Of a DNA stretch of 64,000 bases, positions 9,152-18,820 are shown piece by piece. The position numbers were made by a program, and so were the translations under genes. The stretch's first letter is position 1, and each line of letters starts with the position of its first letter. Source of the stretch: Actinomycetota bacterium (GTDB taxonomy: Bacteria > Actinomycetota > UBA4738 > CALAEC01); NCBI GenBank assembly GCA_050692915.1, contig JBOGVU010000003.1, positions 1,588-65,587 on the forward strand. Reading direction: 5' to 3'. Under the pieces are notes generated by a model. The model was not told where the DNA came from. It ran no database searches and saw only the letters and a program-made list of their open reading frames with translations.

Positions 9152-9571
9152 CTACTTCTTGGTGTCCCAGAAGGTCTTGTCGATCTCGCCGATGGCGTCG
9201 AGCAGCTGCTGGCCCTGGGCCGGGTCCACCGACCGCTTGGCGTCGCCGGCGAGCTTCGTGGCCTTCCAGAAGGAGTCGTGGAGGTTCGGGGATGCCTGGA
9301 GGTGCTCCGGCTTGAAGTAGTCGGTCCACAGCACCCACAGGTGGTGCTTGACCAGATCGGCCCGGTCCTCCTTGATCTTCAGGGCCCGGGTCTTGAACTC
9401 CTCCACCGTCTCGGTGGGCTTCTTCTGGTTCTCCGCGTCCTGGTACTTCTCTTGGATCGCCTTCACCGATTCGGCTTCGATGCGAGCCTGGGCGGGGTCG
9501 TACACGCCGCACGGCAGGTCGCAGTGGGCATGGACCACGCGCCGGGGGCGCAGGATGTCGAAGAGGTGCAT
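9152..9571 (-). CDS. sodN: nickel superoxide dismutase precursor
   Basis: 15-aa propeptide MHLFDILRPRRVVHA followed by the Ni-hook HCDLPCGVYDPAQ. Confidence 0.9.
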   Translation of the reverse strand: MHLFDILRPRRVVHAHCDLPCGVYDPAQARIEAESVKAIQEKYQDAENQKKPTETVEEFKTRALKIKEDRADLVKHHLWVLWTDYFKPEHLQASPNLHDSFWKATKLAGDAKRSVDPAQGQQLLDAIGEIDKTFWDTKK

Positions 9572-9648
9572 CGCTGTCTCCTTCCGTTCGCTTGATTTGA
9601 ACCTATCACCTCGACTCCTCTACCTCCTACCCGGGTAGGCTCGGGGCG

Positions 9649-10056
9649 ATGCGACGCTGGGCGTGGGTGGCCGCCGCGGTCATGGCGGCGTGGGCCACCA
9701 GCAGGGGGGCCGGGACCTTCCGCGTCGAGGTGGCGGGGCGGAGCATGGTCCCGACGCTCAGCCCTGGCGACTGGCTCGTGGCCACCCGGCGGGGGCGGAT
9801 CCGCCGGGGGAGCGTGGTCGTGATGGCCCATCCGAACCGGCCGCTCGACCTGGTGAAGCGGGTGCACGGGGTCCCGGGCGACCTCGTGGACGGTCGGCTC
9901 CTCGGCTCCGACGAGTACCTGGTCGTCGGCGACAACCCAGCGGCCAGCGCCGACGGTCGGCGCTTCGGGCCGGTGCCCCGGCGAGCGATCGAGGGCGTGA
10001 TCCGGGCTCGCTACTGGCCGCACCCCGGTGCGGTGAGGCTCAGGCCCGGTCGGTGA
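9649..10056 (+). CDS. sodX: S26-family signal-peptidase-like Ni-SOD maturation protease
   Basis: 135 aa with GRSMVPTL (catalytic Ser) and KRVHGVPGD (catalytic Lys). Divergent from sodN. Confidence 0.8.
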   Translation: MRRWAWVAAAVMAAWATSRGAGTFRVEVAGRSMVPTLSPGDWLVATRRGRIRRGSVVVMAHPNRPLDLVKRVHGVPGDLVDGRLLGSDEYLVVGDNPAASADGRRFGPVPRRAIEGVIRARYWPHPGAVRLRPGR

Positions 10057-11266
10057 AGTACACGGCTCCGGCGGGTGGCCGGAGGCAGTGCTCCATGGCC
10101 ATGACCGCGTTGTAGCTCCCCACGTTGAGCATGGCCACGACGTCGCCTTCTTCGACCGGGGGGAGCGCCACGTCCTCGGCGAACAGGTCGTCGCCCTCGT
10201 TGATGTTCCCGGCCACCGTGACGGTCCGCGTTCCCGCCTCGCCGGCCGCCCGGCACAGGACAACCTCGACCGGAGCGCCGTAGATGAAGTGCTCCGGCAT
10301 CACGGTGAACCCGGCATCCAGGCCGACGAAGGTGGCCCCGGCCCGGTCCTCCACCGTGACCACCTCGGCCAGGAGGTGGCCGCACTCCTTCGTCAGGAAG
10401 TCCCCCGGCTCGCAGGCGACCGCCACGTCCAGCGGCCCCAGGTGCCGGGCCAGGATCGCGGCCAGGGCGTCGAGGTCGAGCGGCAGGTCCCCGGCCCGCT
10501 GGGGCACCCCCAGGCCGCCCCCCACGTTGACCTCCTGCACCGGCATGCCTGCCTCGATCAGGCGCCGGGCCATCCCGGCCGCGGCGACCACGGCCCGCTC
10601 GAACCCGGGTAGTGCCTCGGTGAGGAACCCCCGACCCACGTGGAAGTGCACGGTATCGATGACCAGGTCGTGCCGGCGGGCCATCCGGATGGCCTCGTCG
10701 AGGTCCTCCTGGTAGATCCCGAACTTCGTGGGTTTCTCGCCGCTGTAGGTCTGCGACCCGTCCCAGCCGGCCCCGGCTCGAGGGTTCACCCGGAGGCCGA
10801 CCGCTCTCCCCGGGGCCCGGCGCCCCAGCCGCTCGAGCTGGCTCAGCAGGTCGACGTTCACGTGCACCGGGTGGGCCAGGACGACGTCGAGATCGCCATC
10901 GGACACGTTCGTGCCGGTATAGCTGATCTCTTGGGGACGCCAGCCGTGGTCGAGCGCGTGGAGCAGCTCCCGGGGCGAGCAGACGTCGATGCCCACGCTC
11001 CGAGGATCCCCCGGCGGGCCCAGGCCGCGGAGGACCGCCAGGGCTTCGGGGGCCCGCTGAGCCTTCAGCGCCAGCCGCACCGGTCCGCGGAGCCCGGCCG
11101 AGGCGAGCGCGTCCTGGAGCGCGCGGGCCTGTTCCTCCATCCGGACCAGGTCGTAGACGTACAGGGGGGTGCCGTGCTCGCGGGCCAGTGCCTCGGCGTC
11201 CCGGCCGGCGACGCGGAGCCGGCCCTCCCGGACATCGAGCCCGGGCCGGGCCCACCAGACGCTCAC
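10040..11266 (-). CDS. fold-type III PLP-dependent decarboxylase (Orn/DAP/Arg decarboxylase family; LysA-, SbnH- or PvsE-like)
   Basis: GTPLYVYD...PTKFGI...HVGRG...EPGDFL...GSYN motifs. The GTG start at 11266 overlaps the TGA of the upstream MFS gene as GTGA. The longer track ORF carries an artefactual N-terminal extension. Confidence 0.75.
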   Translation of the reverse strand: MSVWWARPGLDVREGRLRVAGRDAEALAREHGTPLYVYDLVRMEEQARALQDALASAGLRGPVRLALKAQRAPEALAVLRGLGPPGDPRSVGIDVCSPRELLHALDHGWRPQEISYTGTNVSDGDLDVVLAHPVHVNVDLLSQLERLGRRAPGRAVGLRVNPRAGAGWDGSQTYSGEKPTKFGIYQEDLDEAIRMARRHDLVIDTVHFHVGRGFLTEALPGFERAVVAAAGMARRLIEAGMPVQEVNVGGGLGVPQRAGDLPLDLDALAAILARHLGPLDVAVACEPGDFLTKECGHLLAEVVTVEDRAGATFVGLDAGFTVMPEHFIYGAPVEVVLCRAAGEAGTRTVTVAGNINEGDDLFAEDVALPPVEEGDVVAMLNVGSYNAVMAMEHCLRPPAGAVYFTDRA

Positions 11267-12750
11267 CGTTCGTGGGGTCCCGTGCCGGGGGCGAGCTCTC
11301 GATCGAGCCGCCACATGGCACCCAACGAGACCTGGATCCTCCGGCCGTCGGCGAGCCGGAGGCGGAAGCACCTGAGGGACTCCACGCCCCGCCGCTCCGA
11401 CCAGGCCCGCTCGGTCTCCGCCACCGCCATCGGGACGCCGTCCAGGAGCACCTCTCGCGGTTCCTCGTCGGCCCGCCCGCCGGCGTACGTCCTGACCTCG
11501 ACGTCGCGGGGGAGGCGCCGCCGCCGACGTCCGAGCAGTCCGCCCACGGCCAGGTACAGGACGCCGGCCAGCAGGATGATCCCCAGGTCGCTGATGACCG
11601 GGCGGAGGGCGGTGGCCACCAGGGCGGCCACCACGAACGCCCCGTTGTACCCGATGTCGTACACGGCGAAGGCTCGCCCCCGGTAGTGGTCCGGGATCGA
11701 GCGCATGATGATCGTGTCGGAGGCGATCTTGGTGGCGGTCATGGCGGTCCCGGCCAGCCCCACGGCCGCCAGGATCGCCGCCCACACCGAGAGGGGGCCG
11801 CCCACGAGCGTGGCCACGCCGGCCAGGACGAACGCCACCGGGGCCACACCCGGCCGTCCCACCCGCCGCGCCACCGTGGGGACCAGCAGGGCGCCCACGA
11901 ACCCGCCCACGCCCACCGCGGCCAGGACCACCGAGAAGCCGCTGGCCCCGATGTCGAACCGAGCCCGACCCACCACCAGCGCGGCCAGGATGATGAACCC
12001 GTGGAGGGCCCTCATGGCCCAGGTCGAGGACACCGCGTAGGTCGCGGTGTGGCTGCCGAGGAGGACCCGAAGCCCCTCCCGGACGTCGTGGAGGTTGTCC
12101 CGGAGCTCCCGGGCGATCCCGGCCAGCCCTCGCCGCTCCCCACGGGGCAGATGCAGGCGGGCCGCCACCATGGCGCTCCCGGCGGCGCAGGCCGCGGCCA
12201 GGAGGATGGGAACTCGAGGTGAGATCGCGTCGGTGAGCGGCCCCCCGATCACCGCCCCGGCCAGAGCGAACACCATCCCCGCCGTCGAGGAGACCGCGTT
12301 GGCCCCCAGGTACTGGTCGGGCGGTACCACCGTGGGCAGCACAGCGTTCTTCGTGGCGTGGTAGAAGCGGTTCACCGAGACCGTGGCCACGGCCAGGGCC
12401 AGCAGGACCGGCTCGGGCCAGGCCACCGCGGGCAGCAGGAGGAGGATCAGGCCGGTCCGGACCACCGAGGTCCCCACCAGGATCGACCGCCGCGAGAACC
12501 GGTCGATGAACGGGCCGGTGAACGGCCCCACCAGAGAGAAGGGGAGCAGGGTCACGGCCAGCACCTTCGTCACCTGGGCGGGCGTCCGGGCGGCCTCAAG
12601 TCCGAAGATCAGCACCGAGGCCAGGGCGATCTGGTAGAGGCCGTCGGCGACCTGGTTCAGCAGCTGCGAGGTGAGCAGCAGGCGGAACCCGCGCGGCGCC
12701 AGCAGGGAGCCCAGGCGTCGGAGGCCACCCCGGAGGGACGCCTCGCCCAC
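11263..12750 (-). CDS. MFS transporter, EntS-like (transmembrane secretion effector family) with a ~90-aa C-terminal cytoplasmic extension
   Basis: FRLLLTSQLLNQVADGLYQIALASVLIF N-terminus, 12 TMs, then an extra soluble tail PRDVEVRTYAGGRADEEP...RLRLADGRRIQVSLGAMWRLDRE. Confidence 0.8.
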   Translation of the reverse strand: MGEASLRGGLRRLGSLLAPRGFRLLLTSQLLNQVADGLYQIALASVLIFGLEAARTPAQVTKVLAVTLLPFSLVGPFTGPFIDRFSRRSILVGTSVVRTGLILLLLPAVAWPEPVLLALAVATVSVNRFYHATKNAVLPTVVPPDQYLGANAVSSTAGMVFALAGAVIGGPLTDAISPRVPILLAAACAAGSAMVAARLHLPRGERRGLAGIARELRDNLHDVREGLRVLLGSHTATYAVSSTWAMRALHGFIILAALVVGRARFDIGASGFSVVLAAVGVGGFVGALLVPTVARRVGRPGVAPVAFVLAGVATLVGGPLSVWAAILAAVGLAGTAMTATKIASDTIIMRSIPDHYRGRAFAVYDIGYNGAFVVAALVATALRPVISDLGIILLAGVLYLAVGGLLGRRRRRLPRDVEVRTYAGGRADEEPREVLLDGVPMAVAETERAWSERRGVESLRCFRLRLADGRRIQVSLGAMWRLDRELAPGTGPHER

Positions 12751-12772
12751 GACCCCGCCGCCGTCCCTCGGG

Positions 12773-13900
12773 TCAGCGCTGGGGCTGGGCGTCGAAGAAC
12801 GCGGTCCAGTCCTGGTTCGCGGACGCGCCGTTGCCCAGGATGAACTCCTCGACCATCTCCCGGGCCGCGTCGTCGGAGAACTGAACCGGGGGCGACTTCA
12901 TGAAGTACGCCGAGGGCCCGATCAGCGGCCCGCCGACCCCGCGGTCCATGGCCACCTTGGCGCAGCGCACCGCGTCGATGACGATCCCGGCCGAGTTCGG
13001 CGAGTCCCACACCTCGAGCTTCAGCTCCACCGTGAGCGGGACGTCGCCGAAGGACTGGCCCTCCAGCCGGATCTGGGCCCACTTCCGGTCCTCGAGCCAC
13101 GGCACGTGGTCCGAGGGCCCGATGTGGATGTCGTCGGCCTCCAGGCGCTTCCGAAGCTGGCTCTGCACCGACTGGGTCTTGGACACCTTCTTCGAGGTCA
13201 GCCGCTCCCGCTCCAGCATGTTCTTGAAGTCCATGTTCCCGCCGAAGTTCAGCTGATAGGTGCGGTCGAGGCGAACCCCCCGGTCCTCGAGGAGCTTCGC
13301 CAGCACCCGGTGGACGATGGTCGAGCCGACCTGAGACTTGATGTCGTCGCCGACGATGGGCAGGCCGGCGTCGCCGAACCGCTTGGCCCACCCTGGGTCG
13401 GAGGCGATGAACGCCGGGATGCAGTTGACGAACGCGCACCCGGCAGCGATGGCCGCCTGCGCGTAGTGCCGGGTGGCCTCCTCGCTCCCGACGGGGAGGT
13501 AGCCGACAACGACGTCGGCGCCGGACCGGCGAAGGGCCTCGGCCACGTCCACGGGCTCGTCGTCGGCCTCGCGGATCGTCTCCCGGTAGTACCGGCCCAG
13601 CCCGTCGAGCGTGGGACCCCGCTGGACCACCACGCCGGTGGGGGGGACGTCGTCGGCGAACCGGATCGTGTTGTTCGGCTCCGCGAAGATGGCCTCGGCC
13701 ACGTCGCGGCCGACCTTCTTGCCGTCGACGTCGAACGCCGCCACGACCTCGATGTCGCCGACGTGATAGGGGCCCAGCTTGACGTGCATGAGGCCGGGAA
13801 CGGTGTCCGCCGGGTCGGCGTCCCGGTAGTACTGAAGTCCCTGGACGAACGCCGACGCGCAGTTGCCCACGCCCACGATGGCGATGCGAACCTTGGTCAT
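12773..13900 (-). CDS. ino1: myo-inositol-1-phosphate synthase
   Basis: [22 protein letters not shown] (NAD Rossmann) ... NFGGNMDF ... [21 protein letters not shown] precedes the ATG at 13900, which overlaps the padR stop as ATGA. Confidence 0.9.
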   Translation of the reverse strand: MTKVRIAIVGVGNCASAFVQGLQYYRDADPADTVPGLMHVKLGPYHVGDIEVVAAFDVDGKKVGRDVAEAIFAEPNNTIRFADDVPPTGVVVQRGPTLDGLGRYYRETIREADDEPVDVAEALRRSGADVVVGYLPVGSEEATRHYAQAAIAAGCAFVNCIPAFIASDPGWAKRFGDAGLPIVGDDIKSQVGSTIVHRVLAKLLEDRGVRLDRTYQLNFGGNMDFKNMLERERLTSKKVSKTQSVQSQLRKRLEADDIHIGPSDHVPWLEDRKWAQIRLEGQSFGDVPLTVELKLEVWDSPNSAGIVIDAVRCAKVAMDRGVGGPLIGPSAYFMKSPPVQFSDDAAREMVEEFILGNGASANQDWTAFFDAQPQR

Positions 13901-14472
13901 GCTCCCTCCTCCTTGGCCCCCGCGGGCGTCTTCCTCCGGTTTCGGCGGGGCCTGCGTGCCGCCCGCCGCTCCGCCTGGATCAGATCGTCGACCCACGAGA
14001 TGTCGCGCTCGGTCGAGTCCATGCCGTGGCGCATCAGCGACAGCGTGTAGTCGTCCGCTCGCGAGGTCAGCCTCTGCTTGAGCTCGCCCAGGCGGACGTA
14101 CAGCGCCGCCCGTCGGCGCTCCAGCACGCCGATCCTCGTCTCGGGCTTCAGGTACCGGAAGAACGCCAGCCGGACCCGGAAGCCGTTGTCGTCGCTGGCC
14201 ATACCGCGCTCCCCGACGGACTCCAGGAGCTCGGTGAAGAGCCGCTCGCCCTTCTCGGTCAGCCGGTACACGTTCTTCCGACGGCCGACCTTCGCCTTCT
14301 TCGGGAAGACCTCCTCCACGGCCCCCTGCGTCCGGAGGCGCTTCAGGGCCGGATACAGGGCTCCGTAGGAGACCTGCCAGAAGGGCCCCAGCGTCTCCGA
14401 GAGGCTCTTCTTGAGCTGATATCCGTGCATCGAGCGCTCCTTCAGGAGCCCCAGGACCGCCAGTTCCAGCAC
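13897..14472 (-). CDS. PadR-family transcriptional regulator
   Basis: [24 protein letters not shown]...[10 protein letters not shown] winged helix. Upstream partner of ino1, as in mycobacteria. Confidence 0.85.
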   Translation of the reverse strand: MLELAVLGLLKERSMHGYQLKKSLSETLGPFWQVSYGALYPALKRLRTQGAVEEVFPKKAKVGRRKNVYRLTEKGERLFTELLESVGERGMASDDNGFRVRLAFFRYLKPETRIGVLERRRAALYVRLGELKQRLTSRADDYTLSLMRHGMDSTERDISWVDDLIQAERRAARRPRRNRRKTPAGAKEEGA

Positions 14473-14497
14473 CGTTCTCTTCTCCTTGGTCCGGTCT

Positions 14498-14528
14498 CGA
14501 TATATCAGGCCGATATATCGCGTCGATA
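14498..14528. promoter_or_regulatory. candidate PadR operator: two 8-bp palindromes GATATATC spaced 4 bp apart, plus a third half-site
   Basis: tcGATATATCaggccGATATATCgcgtcGATAca, located 27–55 bp upstream of the padR start in an unusually AT-rich patch. Confidence 0.4.
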
Positions 14529-14664
14529 CATTACCGGCCCGGGGGGCGGGGTGTCAACGACGTGGCTCGCCGACCCCGTCGGCGTGGTCGCCCGATGTGG
14601 AGCGATCGCCACTCACGCTTCGAGAGCTAAAGCGCCAACCGATACAACGAGCAGGGAGGGAGAC

Positions 14665-15393
14665 ATGAACTCATCGAAGAAACTCCGGTTGACGCTTGTT
14701 GGTCTGGTGGTGATGCTGGGAGGGCTCAGCTCCCCAGCCGGTGCCAGCCATACCGACCGGAAACTCTTCGAGTTCCGGGTGACCACCTTTCCCGACGGCC
14801 GGAAGATCGGGACGTTTCGCTACGAGAGGCATCTGTCCACGCCCACGCTCGATGCGCCTGCGGGGTGGCTCGACGGGGACCGGGCGGGATATCGATGCGG
14901 GTACGGCTTTCTCGAGTACCGGGGGCATCTGGTCGGCCGGGTCACGTTCACGCGGATCGATCCGCCCGGTGAGAAGCCCTACGTGAAGGTGAACGATGCC
15001 TTCATGCAGGAGGGCGCCCGCAACTACGACGGAACGATCAACACCTACATCGTCCCGGCCGGCGGCGGCGAGCCTCAGCCGGCCCCGGGGATGTCCTGCC
15101 CCGACCTGACGCAGTCTTACGAGCCTCTGGTGGGCGATCCGGGTCCTCGGCCTGTCGTCAGGTTCCAGCACGGGCCGCACACCATCGAGGTTCGGAACTT
15201 CGCCGATCCGATGGATGTCACCAAGGTGGGCTCCGGCCACAGGTTCAAGATCGTTCGGGCCACCGCGGACAGCGTCGAGGTCATCGCGTACCAGGACCGC
15301 GTCCCCGCTCTCGCCATCTACTACGACCGGCTGACGGGGGGCGCCGTGATCCCCGGCACCATGCACCCGGTCACCCTGGAGACGACCGCCTGA
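14665..15393 (+). CDS. secreted hypothetical protein (signal peptide)
   Basis: GGGAGGGAG RBS then MNSSKKLRLTLVGLVVMLGGLSSPAGASHT. GC content locally lower. Only the 3-prime 242 aa of the track ORF are real. Confidence 0.55.
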   Translation: MNSSKKLRLTLVGLVVMLGGLSSPAGASHTDRKLFEFRVTTFPDGRKIGTFRYERHLSTPTLDAPAGWLDGDRAGYRCGYGFLEYRGHLVGRVTFTRIDPPGEKPYVKVNDAFMQEGARNYDGTINTYIVPAGGGEPQPAPGMSCPDLTQSYEPLVGDPGPRPVVRFQHGPHTIEVRNFADPMDVTKVGSGHRFKIVRATADSVEVIAYQDRVPALAIYYDRLTGGAVIPGTMHPVTLETTA

Positions 15394-15480
15394 ACCACGG
15401 TCGAGCCGGATAGGTCCTCAGGTGCCGAGGTAGGCTCCCGGATCCGAGGATCGGCGTACAGGGAGCTGGAAGGCGCGCCC

Positions 15481-15508
15481 CCGGACCGCACGCGGGCCTG
15501 CGGTCCGG
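15481..15508 (+). terminator. perfect 10-bp stem / 8-nt loop hairpin (ccggaccgca-cgcgggcc-tgcggtccgg); intrinsic-terminator-like or leader structure
   Basis: Lies between the stop of the secreted protein gene (15393) and the AlkP-family gene start (15610). No U-tract. Confidence 0.3.
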
Positions 15509-15609
15509 AGACGTTCCTATGAGGGATTCGACGCCGGTAGCCTGGACTCCTTCCCGGGCATCGGGCGAGCCGGTCGAGGAAAGGCGGGAGCCACTAGACT
15601 ACCCGCGCG

Positions 15610-17190
15610 ATGTCGCGGGTTCTCCTCATCGGCTGGGACGGCGCCGACTGGCGCATCCTCGACCCCATGCTGGAGTCGGGGATGCTGCCGAACCTGCGGA
15701 CGCTGATCGATCGGGGCGCCCGAGGCGTCCTCCGGTCCACGACCCCGAACCATTCCTGGGCCGCGTGGCCCTCCTTCCTCACCGGCATGGAGCCGTCAAA
15801 CCACGGCGTCTACGACATCTTCGAGAAGGAGACCGGGGTCCGGAGGAACCTCCCGGTGACCTATCGCTCCATCAAGGAGAAGACGATGCTGGCCGACCTG
15901 GCGGCGGCCGGCTGCACCACGGTGATGACGAACCTGCCGCTCACCTTCCCGCCCCCGCGGGTCGCCGGGAAGATCGTGGCCGGCGGTGTGCTGCCGAAGT
16001 GGCGCCCGTTCACCTATCCCGAGTCGCTGGCCGGGGAGCTGGAGCAGGCCGGGATGCCGTTCCCCATCAACGGGATGTCGTGGACCACGTTCCGGAACCG
16101 GCCGGAGCCGTTCCTGGAAGAAGCCCGCGAGCTGACGGAGGCCAGGACGAAGTCGAACCTTCACCTGCTGGACACGACCGACTGGCGGTTCGCCTCACTC
16201 ATCTACGTGGCCACCGACCGGGTCCAGCACTGCCTCGACAAGTACGTGGCGCCGGACCACCCGGACTTCGCCACGCTGTCCCGGCAGGCCCTGGCGGAGA
16301 AGGTCCGGGACGTGTACAGGGTCCTCGACGACGCCCTCGGGAGGATCCTCGAGCGAGCCCGGGACGACGATCTCGTGCTCTTCATCTCGGACCACGGCTT
16401 CCAGTCGTGCACCCGGGCCCTGCACATGGACCGGCTCCTGGAGCACCTCGGGTTCCTGCGGTTCGCCGCGTCGAAGGCCGTGTTCGGCCCGATGCAGTGG
16501 GGCCCGATGCGGTCGGTGGCCCGGAAGGTCTACGACGCGCTGGGCCTGCACGGCCGGATCTCGCTTCCCCAGTCCGTGACCTGGCAGAAGACCGTGGCGT
16601 TCACCTCGGTCCGGTCGACCGGGGAGGGGGTGTCGATCAACGTGGCCGGGCGCGAGGCCGACGGCATCGTCGACCCGGGGGACTACGAGGCCACCCGGGA
16701 CCGGGTGATGGAGGCGCTCGGCGCCTTCGTCGACCCCGCTACCGGTAAGAAGCCGATCCGACGGGTGCTCCGGCGCGAGGACGTCTTCACCGGCCGACAC
16801 GCGGACACCGCCCCCGACATCCTCCTGGAGCCCGCCCCGCTGTACAGCCTCACCCACGCGAAGTCGATGGTCGAGGACGCCGACTGGCTCTCCGGCGACC
16901 ACCGGATGGACGGCGTGATCGCCGCGAGCGGTCCCCGGGTGCGGCCGGACGCATTCGCCGAGCCGGCGCTCCTGGTCGACATGGCGCCGACGATCCTGGC
17001 CGCGCTCGGCGTGCCGACCTCCGTGAAGCACGACGGCCAGGTGCTCTCCGCGGTGGTGGGGGACGAGGCCTCGGTGGCGGCCGCCGGTGTCCGGGAGCCC
17101 GAGGCCGCCGCCGACGAGACGACGGGCCTGGCCGAGGATGAGGCGCTGGAGGTCGAGGAGCACCTCCGCGGCCTTGGCTACCTCGAGTAA
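15610..17190 (+). CDS. alkaline-phosphatase-superfamily type I phosphodiesterase / nucleotide pyrophosphatase family protein
   Basis: LLIGWDGADWRILDPMLESGMLPNL...TPNHSWAAWPSFLTGMEPSNHGVYD...FISDHGF metal-ligand pattern. No TM segments. Confidence 0.75.
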   Translation: MSRVLLIGWDGADWRILDPMLESGMLPNLRTLIDRGARGVLRSTTPNHSWAAWPSFLTGMEPSNHGVYDIFEKETGVRRNLPVTYRSIKEKTMLADLAAAGCTTVMTNLPLTFPPPRVAGKIVAGGVLPKWRPFTYPESLAGELEQAGMPFPINGMSWTTFRNRPEPFLEEARELTEARTKSNLHLLDTTDWRFASLIYVATDRVQHCLDKYVAPDHPDFATLSRQALAEKVRDVYRVLDDALGRILERARDDDLVLFISDHGFQSCTRALHMDRLLEHLGFLRFAASKAVFGPMQWGPMRSVARKVYDALGLHGRISLPQSVTWQKTVAFTSVRSTGEGVSINVAGREADGIVDPGDYEATRDRVMEALGAFVDPATGKKPIRRVLRREDVFTGRHADTAPDILLEPAPLYSLTHAKSMVEDADWLSGDHRMDGVIAASGPRVRPDAFAEPALLVDMAPTILAALGVPTSVKHDGQVLSAVVGDEASVAAAGVREPEAAADETTGLAEDEALEVEEHLRGLGYLE

Positions 17191-18766
17191 CGACCCGGGC
17201 GGAGCGCGCCGGAGCGGCCGGCTCCGAGCCGCCGTCGAACAGATCCTCCCCGTCGACCGCTTCGGGGACGAGCGCACGATCCTGGCCGGGACCGGGCAGA
17301 GCGCCGTCGGCCTGGTGGTGGCCATCCTGGCCACGTTCGCCACGCAGGTCCTGATCACCCGGGTGCAGGGGCCCGCGGCCTTCGGCATCGTCACCCTGGC
17401 CACCCAGGGCGCGCTGGTGCTCGGGTACTTCTCGCGGGTGGGCATGGACATGGCCGCCGTCCGCCGGGTGGCCATCGACATGGGACGGGGCGAACGCGCC
17501 CGCGTCCGGGCCATCGTGTCCCGGGCGGCGGTCATCTCCACGGTGGCCAGCGTGGCCGTGGCGGCCCTGGTGTTCGCGTTCGCGGAGCCGCTGGCCCGGG
17601 CGTTCGCCTCGGACGAGGTCGCCGAGGCTACCGAGGCCTTTCGGGCCGCGGCCCTGGCCGTCCCGTTCGTGGCCCTGGTGCAGGTGTACTTGGGGGGGAC
17701 CCGGGGACTGAAGGTGATGCGCCACACCCTGTACGTGTTCTGGATGGGGCAGCCGCTGGGGTGGATGGCCCTGATCCTGGTGGGGTGGCTGGCCGCGCGG
17801 TCGGTCGGGGTGACGACGCTGGCGTACGCTGGCTCGTGGATCCTGGCCACCGCGGCGGCGGCGTGGCTGTGGCGCCGGGAGACCTCGGGGTTCGGCCACC
17901 AGCCTCCCCAGGCCGGCGAGGTTCGGGACCTCCTTCGGTACGGGACCCCCCGGGCCCCGGCGGCCCTGTTCTCACAGCTGCTGTTCTGGACGGACCTGTT
18001 CGTGCTGGCGCGCTACGTGCCGTCGGCGGAGACGGGCGTGTACGCGGCCGCCGCCCGGGCCGCCCAGGTGATCCTCCTGTTCATCATCTCGGTGTCCCTG
18101 ATGTTCAGCCCCTTCGTGGCGGACCTGCACGCTCGCGGCGAGCGGGAGAAGCTCGATCGGCTCTTCAAGCAGCTCACGCGATGGACGATGGCCGCCACCC
18201 TCCCGCTGTTCGTGGTGCTGGCCGTGGCGCCGGGCTCCGCCCTGCGACTGTTCGGGTCCGAGTTCGGGGCCGGTCGGACGGCCCTGCTGATCCTGCTCCT
18301 GGGCCAGCTCGTCAACGTGGCCACCGGCACCGTGGGCTTCGTCCTGATCATGGTGGGGCGCACCGGCTGGGACCTCGTGGTGTACGCGGCCTCGGTCGCC
18401 TTCGACATCGGCGCGGCCATCCTCCTGATCGGGGGCCTGGGGCTGGGGATGGAGGGCGCCGCCGTCGCCGGGGCCCTGACCATGGCCCTGTCGAAGGTGG
18501 CCCGGCTGTGGCTGGTGCGGCGGTTCGTGGGGATCCAGCCGTTCGACCGTGATTACGCCAGGCTGCTGTTCCCAACGATGGCCGGTCTGGGCCTCGGAGT
18601 GGCCGCCCACCTGGCCCTGGCCGGCTCGCCGTGGCCGGTGGACCTGCTGGCGACCGCGGCGGCGGCATCGGCCGGGTACCTCCCGGTGCTCCTGTGGGTG
18701 GGTCTCCCCCGCGCCGAGCGTGGGGCCCTGGCCCGGCTCGCCAGAGCCGCTCTCGGTCGTGCCTGA
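17138..18766 (+). CDS. polysaccharide biosynthesis protein / Wzx-like MOP-superfamily flippase
   Basis: About 12–14 TMs. ITRVQGPAAFGIVTLA resembles the Wzx N-terminal consensus. Start is uncertain: ATG at 17138, TTG at about 17174, or the track ATG at 17087. All overlap the upstream gene. Confidence 0.6.
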   Translation: MRRWRSRSTSAALATSSNDPGGARRSGRLRAAVEQILPVDRFGDERTILAGTGQSAVGLVVAILATFATQVLITRVQGPAAFGIVTLATQGALVLGYFSRVGMDMAAVRRVAIDMGRGERARVRAIVSRAAVISTVASVAVAALVFAFAEPLARAFASDEVAEATEAFRAAALAVPFVALVQVYLGGTRGLKVMRHTLYVFWMGQPLGWMALILVGWLAARSVGVTTLAYAGSWILATAAAAWLWRRETSGFGHQPPQAGEVRDLLRYGTPRAPAALFSQLLFWTDLFVLARYVPSAETGVYAAAARAAQVILLFIISVSLMFSPFVADLHARGEREKLDRLFKQLTRWTMAATLPLFVVLAVAPGSALRLFGSEFGAGRTALLILLLGQLVNVATGTVGFVLIMVGRTGWDLVVYAASVAFDIGAAILLIGGLGLGMEGAAVAGALTMALSKVARLWLVRRFVGIQPFDRDYARLLFPTMAGLGLGVAAHLALAGSPWPVDLLATAAAASAGYLPVLLWVGLPRAERGALARLARAALGRA

Positions 18767-18820
18767 GGCGTCGTGGGGAGGACGTCCGACTGGCGCTGGC
18801 GGAACCGGAGGAGTACCGTG

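Noticed and set aside
10040-11785. 581-aa version of the decarboxylase
   Set aside because: The N-terminal 170 aa overlap the MFS gene in another frame. The GTGA-coupled GTG at 11266 gives a canonical ~409-aa enzyme.
16195-17975. Large minus-strand ORFs (551 aa, 349 aa, 115 aa) opposite the AlkP-family and Wzx genes
   Set aside because: Arg/Pro/Gly-rich nonsense opposite confidently assigned sense genes.
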